A DNA stretch of 64,000 bases from Planctomycetota bacterium (GCA_031409275.1 JANNXA010000022.1:32001-96000); one strand, 5' to 3'; shown: positions 49,743 to 60,840, counted from the first letter of the stretch. Translations and numbers: made by a program. Notes: generated from the sequence alone by a model not told the origin.

Positions 49743-49982
49743 GTGTCTCAGAGCATCGACGAGCGCGTGATCAACATCATTTGCGAGCAGATGGGTGCCA
49801 GCAAGGACAAGATCACGATGGCGACGTCCTTCGTGAACGACCTTGGCGCCGACTCGCTCGACACGGTCGAGCTGGTGATGGAGTTCGAGGACGAGTTCGA
49901 CGTCAACATCCCCGATGACGACGCCGAGAAGATCCAGACCGTCGGCGACGCCATCAAGTACATCAAGGAGCGCGTGGAGTAA
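49743..49982 (+). CDS. acpP: Acyl carrier protein
   Basis: [19 protein letters not shown] before the GTG start. Confidence 0.97.
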   Translation: MSQSIDERVINIICEQMGASKDKITMATSFVNDLGADSLDTVELVMEFEDEFDVNIPDDDAEKIQTVGDAIKYIKERVE

Positions 49983-49990
49983 GCGCCCGG

Positions 49991-51235
49991 ATGGCAAAAC
50001 GTCGAGTCGTCATCACCGGAGTCGGTGCCGTCACGCCTTTGGGTGTCGGCGCCGAGCTGACTTTCGAGCGCCTCCTGCGAGGTGATTCGGGAGTGGCTGC
50101 CATCACGTCGTTCGATGCGGCGGCGTTCGCGACCCGCATCGCGGGCGAGTGCCGCGACTTCGACGTCGAGAAGCACTTCCCCCGCATCGAGGCGAAGAAG
50201 CTCGACCGCTTCACGGCGTTCGCGCTCGTCGCCGCCAAAGAGGCGATCGACGCATCGGGCATCAAGGAAGGTTCGCCGGACACCAGCCGGATCGGCGTGG
50301 TGGTCGGTTCGGGGATCGGCGGGATCAACGAGCTCGAGGCGCAGGACAAGGTCCTCGCTGCGCGCGGGCCCGACCGCATCACGCCCTTCTTCATTCCCAA
50401 GATGATGATGAACGCGGCCGCTGGGCAGATCTCGATCTACCACGGCTTCGAGGGGCCCAACTTCGCGACCGCCTCGGCGTGCGCGTCCGCGTCCCACGCG
50501 ATCGGGATGGCGCTGCGCACGATCCAGTACGACGAAGCCGACGTCGTCATCGCGGGTGGGTCGGAGGCCACGGTCACTCCGCTCGCCATCGGCGGCTTCT
50601 GCGCGCTGAAGGCGATGTCGAAGCGCAACGATGATCCGGCCGGCGCGAGCCGACCGTTCGACCGTGATCGTGACGGCTTCGTGATGGGCGAGGGAGCCGC
50701 GATCCTCGTCCTCGAAGAGGCGGAACGCGCGAAGAAGCGCGGAGCGCGGATCTACGCCGAGCTCTGCGGTTTCGGGACCACCGCCGACGCGCACCACATC
50801 ACGGCGCCGAAGGAAGACGGCATCGGCCCGACACGGGCGATGCAGATCGCGCTGCGCGACGGCGGCCTCGATCCGGCGCAGGTGGACTACGTGAATGCCC
50901 ACGGCACGTCGACGGAGTACAACGACGTCGTCGAGACGCGAGCGCTCAAGATGGTTTTCGGCGAGCACGCGAAGCGCCTAGCGATCTCCTCCTCCAAGTC
51001 GATGATCGGCCACCTGCTCGGGGCGGCGGGAGCGGTCGGCGCGTTCGTCTCGGCGCTGTCCGTGGCGCGCGGCGTCGTCCACCCGACCCGCAATCTCGCG
51101 GTGCCGGATGCCCTTTGCGATCTCGACTACGTTCCGGGCGCCGCCCGCGAAATGCGCGTTCGAGCCGCCCTTTGCAACGCGCTCGGGTTTGGCGGGCACA
51201 ACGCCTGCCTCGCGTTCCGGGCGTTCAGCGGTTGA
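49991..51235 (+). CDS. fabF: 3-oxoacyl-ACP synthase II
   Basis: RRVVITG, SACAS, NAHGTST, KSMIGHLLG and GFGGHN. Confidence 0.97.
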   Translation: MAKRRVVITGVGAVTPLGVGAELTFERLLRGDSGVAAITSFDAAAFATRIAGECRDFDVEKHFPRIEAKKLDRFTAFALVAAKEAIDASGIKEGSPDTSRIGVVVGSGIGGINELEAQDKVLAARGPDRITPFFIPKMMMNAAAGQISIYHGFEGPNFATASACASASHAIGMALRTIQYDEADVVIAGGSEATVTPLAIGGFCALKAMSKRNDDPAGASRPFDRDRDGFVMGEGAAILVLEEAERAKKRGARIYAELCGFGTTADAHHITAPKEDGIGPTRAMQIALRDGGLDPAQVDYVNAHGTSTEYNDVVETRALKMVFGEHAKRLAISSSKSMIGHLLGAAGAVGAFVSALSVARGVVHPTRNLAVPDALCDLDYVPGAAREMRVRAALCNALGFGGHNACLAFRAFSG

Positions 51236-51263
51236 CCAACGTGCGGCGGCGGGACGGCTCCTG

Positions 51264-52667
51264 GTGACATCGAAAGACGCCGCGCTGCGGGCTCGCTTCT
51301 GCGAAGCGGAGCAGGGGCACGTCTTCCGTTTCTTCGACGACCTCTCGGCCGAGCAGCAGGCCACGCTGCTCGCGCAGCTTCGCTCGATCGACCTCGCGCT
51401 CGTGAAGCGACTGATCGAGACGCACCTCGCGGTCGACAAGCCACCGCACGTCCCGAAGCTCGATCCGGCGAACGTGATCCCGCTGGCCTCCGACGATCGG
51501 GCACGCGCCGAAGAGCGGGAGTCCCGGCGCGTCGGGGAAGAGGCGTTGCGCGCCGGTCGAGTCGCGGTCCTCGTGGTTGCCGGCGGGCAGGCGACCCGCC
51601 TCGGCTACGACGCGCCGAAAGGCACCTTCCCGATTGCTCCGATCTCCGGCAAGTCGCTGTTCCAGCTCCATGCCGAGAAGCTGAAGGCGCTGTCGATTCG
51701 TTACGGGAAGCCGCTGCCGTTGCTGCTGCTCGTCAGCCCCGACAACCACGCGCCGACTCGCCGCTTCTTCGAGCAGCATGCGTGGTTCGGGCTCGCGCCC
51801 GCCGATGTCGTCTTCTTCGAGCAAGGGATGCTGCCGGCGCTCGATCGCGACGGGCGCCTTCTGCTTGCCGAGCGCGGCCGGATCTTCCTCAGCCCCGATG
51901 GCCACGGCGGCGTCTATCGCGCGCTCGCGGCTGCCGGTCAGATCGAGAAGCTGAAGAAACGCGGCGTCGACACGATCTTCTACTTCCAGGTCGACAACCC
52001 CCTCGTGAAGGTGGCGGATCCGGTGTTCCTCGGGCATCACCTGCGCAACGATTCGGAGTTCTCGCTCAAGGTCGTCGCCAAGCGCGACGCGAACGAGAAG
52101 GTCGGCGTGTACGCGCAGGTCGATGGCCGACCCGGCATCGTCGAGTACTCCGACCTCCCGGAACCGCAGCGTGAAGCGCGCGACGCCGCTGGCCGGCTCG
52201 CGTACGGCGCTGGAAGCATCGCCATCCACGCGTTCAGCCTCGACTTCTTTGCGCGGCTCGGGCGCGGGACGCTCGACCTTCCGCACCACCTCGCCCGCAA
52301 GAAGGTGCCGTTCGTCGACGACACCGGCGATGTCGTCACGCCGACCGAACCCAACGGCATGAAGTTCGAGAGCTTCGTCTTCGACGGGCTCGCCCTCGCG
52401 AAGAAGACCCTCGCGATGGAGGTTCTCCGCAGCGAAGAGTTCGCGCCGGTGAAGAACAAGAGCGGCGAGGATTCGGCCGAAACCTCGCGTGCCGCGCAGT
52501 CGGCGCTGTTCCGCAGCTGGATCGCCGCCGCCGGCCTGCCGATCCCGTCGACGGGCGGCGCCGTCGAGATCGGTCCGCTCCTCGCGCTCGACGCGGAGGA
52601 GCTGCGCGAGCGACTCGCAGGTGGCGCGGGCGGCGGCCCGCTGCGAGTCCTCCTCGACAAGGCGTGA
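51264..52667 (+). CDS. Eukaryote-type (UAP1-like) UDP-N-acetylglucosamine pyrophosphorylase
   Basis: AGGQATRLG..PKG, SPDGHGG, QVDNPL, EKVG, VEYSD, KFESFVFD and EFAPVKN. The start is approximate. Confidence 0.9.
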   Translation: MTSKDAALRARFCEAEQGHVFRFFDDLSAEQQATLLAQLRSIDLALVKRLIETHLAVDKPPHVPKLDPANVIPLASDDRARAEERESRRVGEEALRAGRVAVLVVAGGQATRLGYDAPKGTFPIAPISGKSLFQLHAEKLKALSIRYGKPLPLLLLVSPDNHAPTRRFFEQHAWFGLAPADVVFFEQGMLPALDRDGRLLLAERGRIFLSPDGHGGVYRALAAAGQIEKLKKRGVDTIFYFQVDNPLVKVADPVFLGHHLRNDSEFSLKVVAKRDANEKVGVYAQVDGRPGIVEYSDLPEPQREARDAAGRLAYGAGSIAIHAFSLDFFARLGRGTLDLPHHLARKKVPFVDDTGDVVTPTEPNGMKFESFVFDGLALAKKTLAMEVLRSEEFAPVKNKSGEDSAETSRAAQSALFRSWIAAAGLPIPSTGGAVEIGPLLALDAEELRERLAGGAGGGPLRVLLDKA

Positions 52668-52695
52668 TCGAGGCGACGCGCTACACTCGCGGCCC

Positions 52696-53766
52696 ATGGT
52701 GGCAACGAGGGTGGCGGTCTGGTTCGGCGGTCCGTCCGCTGAACACGAAATCTCGATTCGCAGCGCCGACGGCCTGATTGGCTGGCTTTCGGCGGGCGGC
52801 CTCGCCGTCGACGCCTTCCACTGGCGACGCGATGGACTCGTGGCGTGCGCTCGGCTGGAGCCGGGCGCCGCGCGGGAGCAGGAGGCGTCCGCGCTCGCCG
52901 CGGACGCTGCTCCGGCGTTGCCGCTCTTCGCCGCGCTCGAGCGGCTGGCCCGCGACTGCGACGTCGGTTTCCCGATCGTCCATGGCCGAATGGGCGAGGA
53001 TGGCTCGCTGCAGGGATTGCTGCGAGTGATCGGCAAGCCATGCGTCGGCGCCGGCGTGCTCGGGTCGGCGTTGGCGATGGACAAGCAACGCACCAAGGAA
53101 CTGCTGATGGGGGCGACCACGCTGCGCCTGCCGCGTGGCGTCGCCTTCGGCTTGCACGAATGCCGCGAGGGGGCGCGCGTCGTCGAGCGCACGAGCCACC
53201 TGCCGACCCCGCTGATCGTGAAGCCGGTCGACGGCGGCTCGAGCTTCGGGCTGGCGTGCGTCGACGCGCGTTGCGAGTTGCCGGCTGCCGTCGCTCGTGC
53301 GGCGCAGGTCGAGGGCGCGAGCGGTGTGCTTGTCGAGGAGCGCATCGAGGGCGACGAGGTGACTTGCGCGCTGATCGGCGACGCGGAGATCGGCATCGAG
53401 GCGTTCCCGCCGATCCTGATTCGCCCGCGCCACGGGGGAATGTTCGACCTCGAGGCGAAGTACACGCCAGGCGCGAGCGACGAGATCTGCCCCGCACCGC
53501 TGCCGCCCGCCGCGCTTCGTCGGATCGAGGCGGCCGCCACGGAGGCGTACCGTGCGTTGGGGGCGAGCGGCTTCGCGCGCGCGGACTTCATCCTGCGCGA
53601 TGGCGTGCCGTGGTTCCTCGAACTCAACACGCTCCCCGGCCTCACGCGCGAATCGCTCTTCCCGAAGGCGGCGCTCGCGGCCGGTTACCAACTGCCCGCG
53701 CTCTTTCGTCAGCTCGTGGAGCGAGCGCTCCGCGGACGGCGCGCGTTCGTGGCGACGCCGCGATGA
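52696..53766 (+). CDS. ddl: D-alanine-D-alanine ligase
   Basis: GGPSAEHEIS, HGRMGEDG, AMDK, KP..GSS, EAKY and ELNTLPG. Confidence 0.92.
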   Translation: MVATRVAVWFGGPSAEHEISIRSADGLIGWLSAGGLAVDAFHWRRDGLVACARLEPGAAREQEASALAADAAPALPLFAALERLARDCDVGFPIVHGRMGEDGSLQGLLRVIGKPCVGAGVLGSALAMDKQRTKELLMGATTLRLPRGVAFGLHECREGARVVERTSHLPTPLIVKPVDGGSSFGLACVDARCELPAAVARAAQVEGASGVLVEERIEGDEVTCALIGDAEIGIEAFPPILIRPRHGGMFDLEAKYTPGASDEICPAPLPPAALRRIEAAATEAYRALGASGFARADFILRDGVPWFLELNTLPGLTRESLFPKAALAAGYQLPALFRQLVERALRGRRAFVATPR

Positions 53767-54500
53767 TTCGCGTCGTCGTCAATGGCGCCGGCGGCCGCAT
53801 GGGGCGCCTCGCGTGCGCCGCGATCGAGTCGTCGGGAGACCTCGCGTTGGCGGGGCGCTGCGGTCGCGGCGATCCGCTGGCGAGGGTCATCGCCGAGAGT
53901 GGCGCGCAGGTGGTGGTCGACTTCACCCTGCCCGCCGTCGCGCTTGCGAATGCGATGGCGATCGTCGAAGCGGGGGCGGCGCCAGTCATCGGGACCAGCG
54001 GACTCGATGCGACGGCCTTGGGCAAGCTCGCCGAGTGCTGTCGCGCGCAGCGACGGGGCGGACTCGTCGCGCCAAACTTCGCGATCGGCGCAGTGTTGAT
54101 GATGCGTTTCGCGACGATCGCCGCGCGCCACCTGGGCCACGCCGAGATCGTCGAGGCGCACCATTCGGGCAAGGTCGACGCCCCGAGCGGTACGGCCGCG
54201 GCGACCGCCGCTGGCATGGCGGCCGCACGCGTGGCGGCCGGGCTCGTGCCTCTGCCGCTCGCAGGCGGCGGCGCGGCGCGCGGCGTTTCGCACGAAGGGA
54301 TCGCCATCCACAGCGTCCGGTTGCCAGGCGTCGTCGCCGAGCAATCCGTGCTGTTTGGCGAAGTCGGGCAGAAGCTCGAGATTCGCCACGTCGCCTACGG
54401 TCGCGAGGCCTACATGCCCGGCGTGCTGCTCGCGTGCCGGCGCGTGGGCGCGCTCGATCGCCTCGTCGTCGGGCTCGACTCGCTGCTCTTCGACGAGTGA
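53763..54500 (+). CDS. dapB: 4-hydroxy-tetrahydrodipicolinate reductase
   Basis: GAGGRMG, VDFT, GTSG, PNFAIG and EAHHSGKVDAPSGTA. Confidence 0.95.
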   Translation: MIRVVVNGAGGRMGRLACAAIESSGDLALAGRCGRGDPLARVIAESGAQVVVDFTLPAVALANAMAIVEAGAAPVIGTSGLDATALGKLAECCRAQRRGGLVAPNFAIGAVLMMRFATIAARHLGHAEIVEAHHSGKVDAPSGTAAATAAGMAAARVAAGLVPLPLAGGGAARGVSHEGIAIHSVRLPGVVAEQSVLFGEVGQKLEIRHVAYGREAYMPGVLLACRRVGALDRLVVGLDSLLFDE

Positions 54501-54525
54501 TGCGGCCGGCGCGGCCGCGACACGT

Positions 54526-55530
54526 TCAAGCGGGCGTCCAGCTCCGCAGCACTCGCGCGTAGTTGGCGCGCTCGAATTCGCGCGGCGCGGGGCAGTGGCG
54601 ATGGCTCATCGTCCCGATCATCGGAGCGACGGCGCGCCAGTCGTGTTCCTCGAGCCAGGTCTCGAGCTCGCGGCGCAGCGTCGCGATGCGGCCGACGCCG
54701 TGCATCAGCAGCACCGACACCACCTGGACGACCGCGGCGCCGCATTGCAGTGCCTTGACGACGTCCAGGCCGTGGTGGACGCCGCCCGTCAGCGCCAGCG
54801 CCGCCGAGACGCGGCCATGCAGGATCGCGATCCAGCGCAGCCGCAGGTTCAGTTCCGCCGGTGTCGAGAGCCGCAGCAGCGGAGTCACCTCGAGCGCCGC
54901 CGGGTCCACGTCGGGCTGATAGAAACGATTGAAGAGGACGATCCCGTCCGCACCCGCCGCCGTGACGCGCGCGGCGACGTTGGGCAACGAGGTGAAGAAC
55001 GGGGAGAGCTTGACCGCGAGCGGGATGCGGATGCGACGGCGCACCTCGGCCACCACCGCGACGAGCGCCTCCTCGATGGCGGCGGCCGGTCGTTCGGCCT
55101 CGGTGGCGAGGTCGTAGAGGTTGAGTTCGAGCGCGTCGGCGCCCGCCTGCTCGATCCGGGCGGCGAAGTCGGTCCACCCTTCGGGGGTCGTGCCGTTCAG
55201 CGAAGCGATCACGGGCACGGCGACGGCGCGCTTCACTCGCGCGAGGTGCTCGAGGTACTCCTCCGGCCCGAACACGAACTCGCCGGCGTCGGGGAGGAAG
55301 CTGCCCGCTTCCGCAAAGGAGTTCGAGTGCGAGTCGGCGGCGCGCGAAAGCGCGAGCTGCTCGTTCACCACTTGCTCCTCGAACAGCGAACGCAGCGCGA
55401 TCAGCGGCGCGCCGGCGTCTTCGAGTCTCCGAACGCCGTCGAGGTCGTCGGCGAGCGGCCCGGCGCCCGGCACGATCGGGTGGGGCAGCGTGAATCCGAG
55501 CCAACGGGTCGAGAGGTCCATGTCATTCAT
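54526..55530 (-). CDS. Dihydroorotate dehydrogenase-like flavoprotein (PFOR-associated)
   Basis: SLFEEQ, PVIASLNG, ALELNLY, AVKLSP, LFNRFYQPD and TGGVH; ATGA overlap with PFOR. Confidence 0.88.
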   Translation of the reverse strand: MNDMDLSTRWLGFTLPHPIVPGAGPLADDLDGVRRLEDAGAPLIALRSLFEEQVVNEQLALSRAADSHSNSFAEAGSFLPDAGEFVFGPEEYLEHLARVKRAVAVPVIASLNGTTPEGWTDFAARIEQAGADALELNLYDLATEAERPAAAIEEALVAVVAEVRRRIRIPLAVKLSPFFTSLPNVAARVTAAGADGIVLFNRFYQPDVDPAALEVTPLLRLSTPAELNLRLRWIAILHGRVSAALALTGGVHHGLDVVKALQCGAAVVQVVSVLLMHGVGRIATLRRELETWLEEHDWRAVAPMIGTMSHRHCPAPREFERANYARVLRSWTPA

Positions 55531-58500
55531 CCCTGCTTCGCGAGTTCGAGTTTGGCGAGGTGTTCGTACACCTTGAGGCGTCGTTCCATTTCCGCTTGCG
55601 CCGCGACTGCGAGCTTCTGGAAGCGGACCGGATCGGCGCGTTCCACCATGCGGAAGCGCGCCTCGGCCGCCATGTAGTCGCGCACCTTGACCGTCGGCGC
55701 GCCCGAATCGAGCTGCAGCGGCGGCAACCCTTGCGCGACGCGGCGCGGGTCGTAGCGGTAGAGCGGCCAGATGCCGGAAGCGACCGCCTTGTGCTGCTGG
55801 TCGAGGCCGTGCGACAAGTCGTAGCCATGCGCGATGCAGTGGCTGTAGGCGATGACGAGCGCCGGTCCCGGGTAGCTCTCCGCCTCCTGCAGCGCCTGCA
55901 CGGTCTGGGCATCCTTCGCGCCGAAGGCGATCGAGGCGACGTAGACGTTGCCGTAGCTCATCGCGATGAGGCCGAGGTCCTTCTTGTGCGCTTCCTTGCC
56001 AAGGACGGCGAACTTGGCCGATGCGCCGAGCGGCGTCGCCTTGCTCTGCTGGCCGCCGGTGTTGGAGTAGACCTCGGTGTCGAGCACGAGCGCCTTCACC
56101 GCGCGACCGCTGGCGAGGACGTGGTCGAGGCCGCCGAACCCGATGTCGTAGGCCCAGCCGTCGCCGCCGATCAGCCAGACGCTCTTGCGCACGAGGTCGT
56201 CGACGATCGAGGCGAGCAGCGCGGCGTCCGGTGTGGTGAGCCGCGCCAGGGCGGTGCGCAGCGATTCGACCTGAACGCGGCGCTGGCGACGCGCGGACTC
56301 GGTCGGCTCCTCGGCGGCCTGCAGCGCGGCAACCAGCTCGCCGGGCAGCAACGAGGCCAGCCCGGCCAGCTTCTCGCGAGCGAGCGTCGCGCGCGAATCG
56401 AGTGCGAGACGCATTCCGAGGCCGAACTCGGCGTTGTCCTCGAAGAGCGAGTTGCTCCACGCCGGACCGCGCCCATTCGCGTCGGTGCACCACGGGGTCG
56501 TCGGCAGGTTGCCCCCATAGATCGAAGAGCAACCGGTCGCGTTCGCGACGACGAGACGGTCGCCGAAGAGCTGCGAGAGCAGGCGCACGTAGGGCGTCTC
56601 GCCGCAGCCGGCACACGCTCCTGAGAACTCGAACAACGGGGCGAGGAACTGCGAGCCCTTCACGTCGACGCGCTCGATCGATTCGCGCGGCGGCAGCGGC
56701 AGTTTCTCGAAGTAGGCGAATCGCTCGCGTTCCCGCGCGGCGACCTCGTCGTGCGCCGCCATCTCGAGCGCGCGGTGCCGGGGATCGGTGCGGTCCTTGG
56801 CCGGGCAGACGATCGCGCACAGCTTGCAGCCGGTGCAGTCGTCCGGCGTGACCTGGACGGTGTAGCGATGGCCGGGGTGCTCGCGGCCGTGGTAGGGGGT
56901 GGAGAGGAACCCGTCCGGCGGATCGACGAGCGCCGACTCGGGATAGACGTTGACCCGGATGGCCGAATGCGGGCAGACGAAGGCGCACTTGTTGCACTGC
57001 ACGCAGATCGCCGGATCCCACACCGGAACTGCCGTCGCGATGTCGCGCTTCTCGAAGCGCGCGGTGCCGCTCGGCCAGGTGCCGTCGGGCGGAAAGGCGC
57101 TGACGGGAAGCAGGTCGCCTTGATCGGCGAGCATCATCGCGGTGACGCGCTGCACGAAGTCGGGAGCGTGTTCCGGCACCACGGGCGGACGCCAACGATG
57201 CGCCGTCGCCCGCTCCGGCAGCCGCACCTGCTGCAAGTGGGCCAGCGCGGCGCGCGCCGCGACGACGTTCCGGCGCACGATCTCGTCGCCCTTCTTCCCG
57301 TAGCTCTTGGCGATGTCCTGCTCGATCGCCGCGATCGCTTCGTCGATCGGCATGAGTCCGGTGAGGTGGAAGAAGCAGACCTGCATCGGCGTATTGATGC
57401 GACCGTCGATTCCCGCTTCGCGGGCGATCTTGTGGGCGTCGACGACGTAAAAATCTAGGCGCTTCTCGATCAGCTGTTCTTGGACCTCGCGCGGCAGCCG
57501 TTCGAAGACCTCTTCGGCGCCATACGGCGAGTTCAGCAGGAACGTCGCTCCGAGCTCGGCGGTGGCGAGGACGTCGACGCGGTCCAGGAAGTGGAACTGG
57601 TGGCAGGCGACGAATCCAGCGCGCCGGATGAGGCAGGCCGTGCGGATCGGTCGCCGGGAGAAGCGCAGGTGCGAGACGGTGCGAGCGCCCGACTTCTTCG
57701 AGTCGTAGACGAAGTAGCCCTGCACTTCGCGGTCGCTGTGGTCGCCGACGATCTTGATCGTGCCCTTGTTCGCGCCGACCGTCCCATCCGCGCCGAGCCC
57801 GTGGAAGACGCAGCGCACGACGTCGCTCTCGTCGAGCTCGAATTCAGGATCGATGTCGAGCGAGCGCTGGGTCACGTCGTCGACGATGCCGACCGTGAAG
57901 TGGTTCTTCGGCTCCATTCGCGCGGCCTCATCGAGGCACGCCTTCACCATCGCCGGAGTGAACTCCTTGCTCGACAGTCCGTAGCGGCCACCGATCACCC
58001 GTACCGTCGGCGCACCCGCGGGTCGCTCGGACAGCGCGGCGATCACGTCGAGGTAGAGCGGGTCGCCGACGCTTCCGGGCTCCTTGGTGCGATCGAGGAC
58101 GATGAGCGACTTCACGCTGGCCGGAATCGCGGCAACGAACCGCGCGGCCGCGAAGGGGCGGAACAGCCGAACGACGAGCACTCCCACCTTTTCGCCATTG
58201 GCGCAGAGCGCTTCGACGGTCGCGCGCGCCGTCTGTGCGCCCGACCCCATCAGCACCACCACGCGCTGCGCGTCCGGTGCGCCGAAGTACTCGTAGGGGA
58301 GGTAGCGCCGGCCGGTGCGTTCGGCGAAGCGCGCCATCTGCTGCTCGACGATCGCCGGGACGGCGTCGTGAAAGGGGTTCGCGGCTTCGCGCGCCTGGAA
58401 GAAGGTGTCGGGGTTCTGCGCCGTCCCGCGCACCACCGGACGATCGGGAGTGAGGCCGCGCGCGCGGTGCGCAGCGATCGCGCCGTCGGGCAGCAGCGCA

Positions 58501-59078
58501 CGCAGATCATCGTCGGAGAGGAGTGCGATCTTGGTCACCTCGTGCGAGGTGCGAAACCCATCGAAGAAGTGGAGGAACGGCACTCGCGCTTCGAACGTCG
58601 CGGCCTGGGCGATGCAGGCGAAGTCGTGCGCCTCCTGGACCGAGCCGGACGAGAGCATCGCGAAGCCGGTCGCGCGGCACGCCATCACGTCGGAGTGGTC
58701 GCCGAAGATCGAGAGCGCGTGGGTCGCGACGGTGCGCGCGGCGACATGGATGCAGCAGGCGGTGAGCTCGCCCGCGATCTTGTAGAGGTTCGGGATCATC
58801 AGCAGCAGGCCTTGCGACGCGGTGAACGTCGTCGCCAGCGCACCGGCTTGCAGCGCGCCGTGAATGGCGCCGGCAGCGCCCGCCTCCGACTGCATCTCGA
58901 CGACCTGCGGGATGCTGCCCCAGAGGTTGCGACGTGACTTCGCGGACCATTCGTCAGCGAGCTCGCCCATCGTCGAGGAGGGGGTGATCGGGTAGACCGC
59001 GATCACCTCGTTGGTCCGGTAGGCGACCGAGGCGACCGCCTCGTTTCCATCGACCGTCGCTCGCTGCGCTTCGACCAC
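55527..59078 (-). CDS. nifJ: Pyruvate:ferredoxin (flavodoxin) oxidoreductase, homodimeric
   Basis: [16 protein letters not shown], two CxxCxxCxxxCP motifs, [13 protein letters not shown] and YSNTGGQ; GGAGG before GTG 59078. Confidence 0.97.
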   Translation of the reverse strand: MVEAQRATVDGNEAVASVAYRTNEVIAVYPITPSSTMGELADEWSAKSRRNLWGSIPQVVEMQSEAGAAGAIHGALQAGALATTFTASQGLLLMIPNLYKIAGELTACCIHVAARTVATHALSIFGDHSDVMACRATGFAMLSSGSVQEAHDFACIAQAATFEARVPFLHFFDGFRTSHEVTKIALLSDDDLRALLPDGAIAAHRARGLTPDRPVVRGTAQNPDTFFQAREAANPFHDAVPAIVEQQMARFAERTGRRYLPYEYFGAPDAQRVVVLMGSGAQTARATVEALCANGEKVGVLVVRLFRPFAAARFVAAIPASVKSLIVLDRTKEPGSVGDPLYLDVIAALSERPAGAPTVRVIGGRYGLSSKEFTPAMVKACLDEAARMEPKNHFTVGIVDDVTQRSLDIDPEFELDESDVVRCVFHGLGADGTVGANKGTIKIVGDHSDREVQGYFVYDSKKSGARTVSHLRFSRRPIRTACLIRRAGFVACHQFHFLDRVDVLATAELGATFLLNSPYGAEEVFERLPREVQEQLIEKRLDFYVVDAHKIAREAGIDGRINTPMQVCFFHLTGLMPIDEAIAAIEQDIAKSYGKKGDEIVRRNVVAARAALAHLQQVRLPERATAHRWRPPVVPEHAPDFVQRVTAMMLADQGDLLPVSAFPPDGTWPSGTARFEKRDIATAVPVWDPAICVQCNKCAFVCPHSAIRVNVYPESALVDPPDGFLSTPYHGREHPGHRYTVQVTPDDCTGCKLCAIVCPAKDRTDPRHRALEMAAHDEVAARERERFAYFEKLPLPPRESIERVDVKGSQFLAPLFEFSGACAGCGETPYVRLLSQLFGDRLVVANATGCSSIYGGNLPTTPWCTDANGRGPAWSNSLFEDNAEFGLGMRLALDSRATLAREKLAGLASLLPGELVAALQAAEEPTESARRQRRVQVESLRTALARLTTPDAALLASIVDDLVRKSVWLIGGDGWAYDIGFGGLDHVLASGRAVKALVLDTEVYSNTGGQQSKATPLGASAKFAVLGKEAHKKDLGLIAMSYGNVYVASIAFGAKDAQTVQALQEAESYPGPALVIAYSHCIAHGYDLSHGLDQQHKAVASGIWPLYRYDPRRVAQGLPPLQLDSGAPTVKVRDYMAAEARFRMVERADPVRFQKLAVAAQAEMERRLKVYEHLAKLELAKQG

Positions 59079-59315
59079 CCGATGCCCTCCCTGTCGTGCC
59101 TGCGACGCCCGCGGGGCGCTGCAACGAGTCGCCAACGCAAACGACGGGGGCGCTCGGCTGGCGCCGGGAGTGCCGGTGCTTCGCCCGGCGGATCGCCGGC
59201 GATTCAGGCACACCTTCCCGATCGTCGGGGAAGCGAACGCGCCGGCTTCTTCAGGGCGGCCGCGTCTGCTACAAGCGTTGCCCCAAAGCCGCGCTTCGCG
59301 TGCGGCGGGTCACGT

Positions 59316-59401
59316 GCCGGGGTGGCGGAACGGCAGACGCGGTGGACTCAAAATCCACTGTCCGCAAGGACGTGAGGGTTCAAGTCCCTCCCTCGGCACC
59401 A
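59316..59401 (+). tRNA. tRNA-Leu(CAA)
   Basis: GCCGGGG acceptor, GTGGA-CTCAAAA-TCCAC, long variable arm and CCA. Confidence 0.95.
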
Positions 59402-59555
59402 ACGCATCGAGTCGCGCGGAGTGGCGGGCCACGTTCGCGATCGACAACGCGAACGCTCGTACATGTCGTCGCGGACGTGAGGCGGAGCGAGTGGGGCGCG
59501 CTGGAGCGAATGCTTGCGGACGGCCGCGCGACGACCTAGAGTCGGCCCCCCTCAT

Positions 59556-59630
59556 GGGCGGTTAACTCAGCGGTAGAGTACTATCCTCACACGGTAGGAG
59601 TCACAGGTTCAAATCCTGTACCGCCCACCA
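59556..59630 (+). tRNA. tRNA-Val(CAC)
   Basis: GGGCGGT acceptor, CTATC-CTCACAC-GGTAG, GTTCAAAT and CCA. Confidence 0.95.
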
Positions 59631-59850
59631 ACGGCTGCGCCGGTCGCGCGCACCATTGCGGCTACTTCGGCGCCGCCACCGTTGGCGAAAGATCTTCCGT
59701 CGTTCCGCTGGCGGCTGCGCGGAGGCCCGTCGAACAGTCGACGTCAGAGGTCGACGTGTCGAGCGTGCGCTCCGATCCGTAGCCTTCTGCCGAACGCTCG
59801 GCTGAGTCGACGAGGAAGCTGAGTTCACCGGGAAGTAGGAGCTGTCGCCG

Positions 59851-60840
59851 ATGCCGATGCTTGCAGCTCTATTGGCCTCGCTCTCGCTCGTTCCGCAAGC
59901 GACCGCCTCGGCCGGTGCCGCGACCCCGCCGCCCATCGCCGTCGCCCAGAGCACGCCGAGCGCGACGGTCGCGGCCCCGCGTGGAGCGGCTTTGTTGCGC
60001 TCGACGATCCGTGTCGCCTCGAACAGCCTGTTCGCGAAACCGCGGGTCGCCACTCCGGCGCAGCGGCGTGGCACGCCAAACTCGGCAGCGACGTTTCTGG
60101 CTCCGGCTGGTGCCGCCGTTCCGGCCGGTGCGGCGTCGGCGTTCGCGTCGCTCCTGGCCGGTGCCGGAGGATCCTCGTTGTCGTCGGCGGCCGGTCCGTT
60201 GCACTTCGGTCCCGGCGGATCGCGCTTGCCGGCCGTCGTACTCCAAGCGCTCGAGCGTGGGCCCATCAGCGAGCGCGAGGCCGACGTCCTGGTCGAGCTG
60301 CTGCTCAGCTCTGACTTGAGCTCGGCGTTGGGCGCGAGCGATGGCCGACTCCTCGATGACCTCCCCGACCCCGATCTCAGTCAGGTTGCCGAACTGCTCG
60401 ACGGGGCGCCGGTCGACCTAGCCAGCGCGCCGCTCGACGCGGCTCGGCTGCGCGAGTGGTTCGAGCGACTCGACATCTCGAAGGACCAGGCGGTGTCGTT
60501 CCTGGAGTGGCGCGACGTGACCGCTGCGCCATTGGCCTTGTTCCGCTCGCTCGATGAAGAGCGCGACGGCCTCGTGCGATTCGACGAATTCGCACGCGCG
60601 ATTCTGGTGAACACGGCCCGCGAAGGTCGCCGTGCCGTCGATCCGGAGCTCCTTGCCTGGGCGCGCGCTTCGCTGGACGAGACGTCGGCGACCGTGACCC
60701 CGCTCGACCCTGCCGAGCTCGAGTCCCTGACCGACGCTCAGGTGCTCGCGCGAGCGCGGGCCGAGATCGCGGCAGCCGCGGCGCTTCAGGCGGCGGCGAC
60801 TGCAGCGACGGTGCCTGCTGCCAAGAAGGCTGGCGGCTGA
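59851..60840 (+). CDS. Putative exported EF-hand pair protein
   Basis: N-terminal hydrophobic segment, low-complexity linker, FERLDISKDQAVSFLEW and FRSLDEERDGLVRFDEF. Confidence 0.65.
   Translation: MPMLAALLASLSLVPQATASAGAATPPPIAVAQSTPSATVAAPRGAALLRSTIRVASNSLFAKPRVATPAQRRGTPNSAATFLAPAGAAVPAGAASAFASLLAGAGGSSLSSAAGPLHFGPGGSRLPAVVLQALERGPISEREADVLVELLLSSDLSSALGASDGRLLDDLPDPDLSQVAELLDGAPVDLASAPLDAARLREWFERLDISKDQAVSFLEWRDVTAAPLALFRSLDEERDGLVRFDEFARAILVNTAREGRRAVDPELLAWARASLDETSATVTPLDPAELESLTDAQVLARARAEIAAAAALQAAATAATVPAAKKAGG

Noticed and set aside
55531..57195. Apparent 889-aa DHODH-like fusion
   Set aside because: The upstream part is an alternative frame of PFOR. The real start is 55530.
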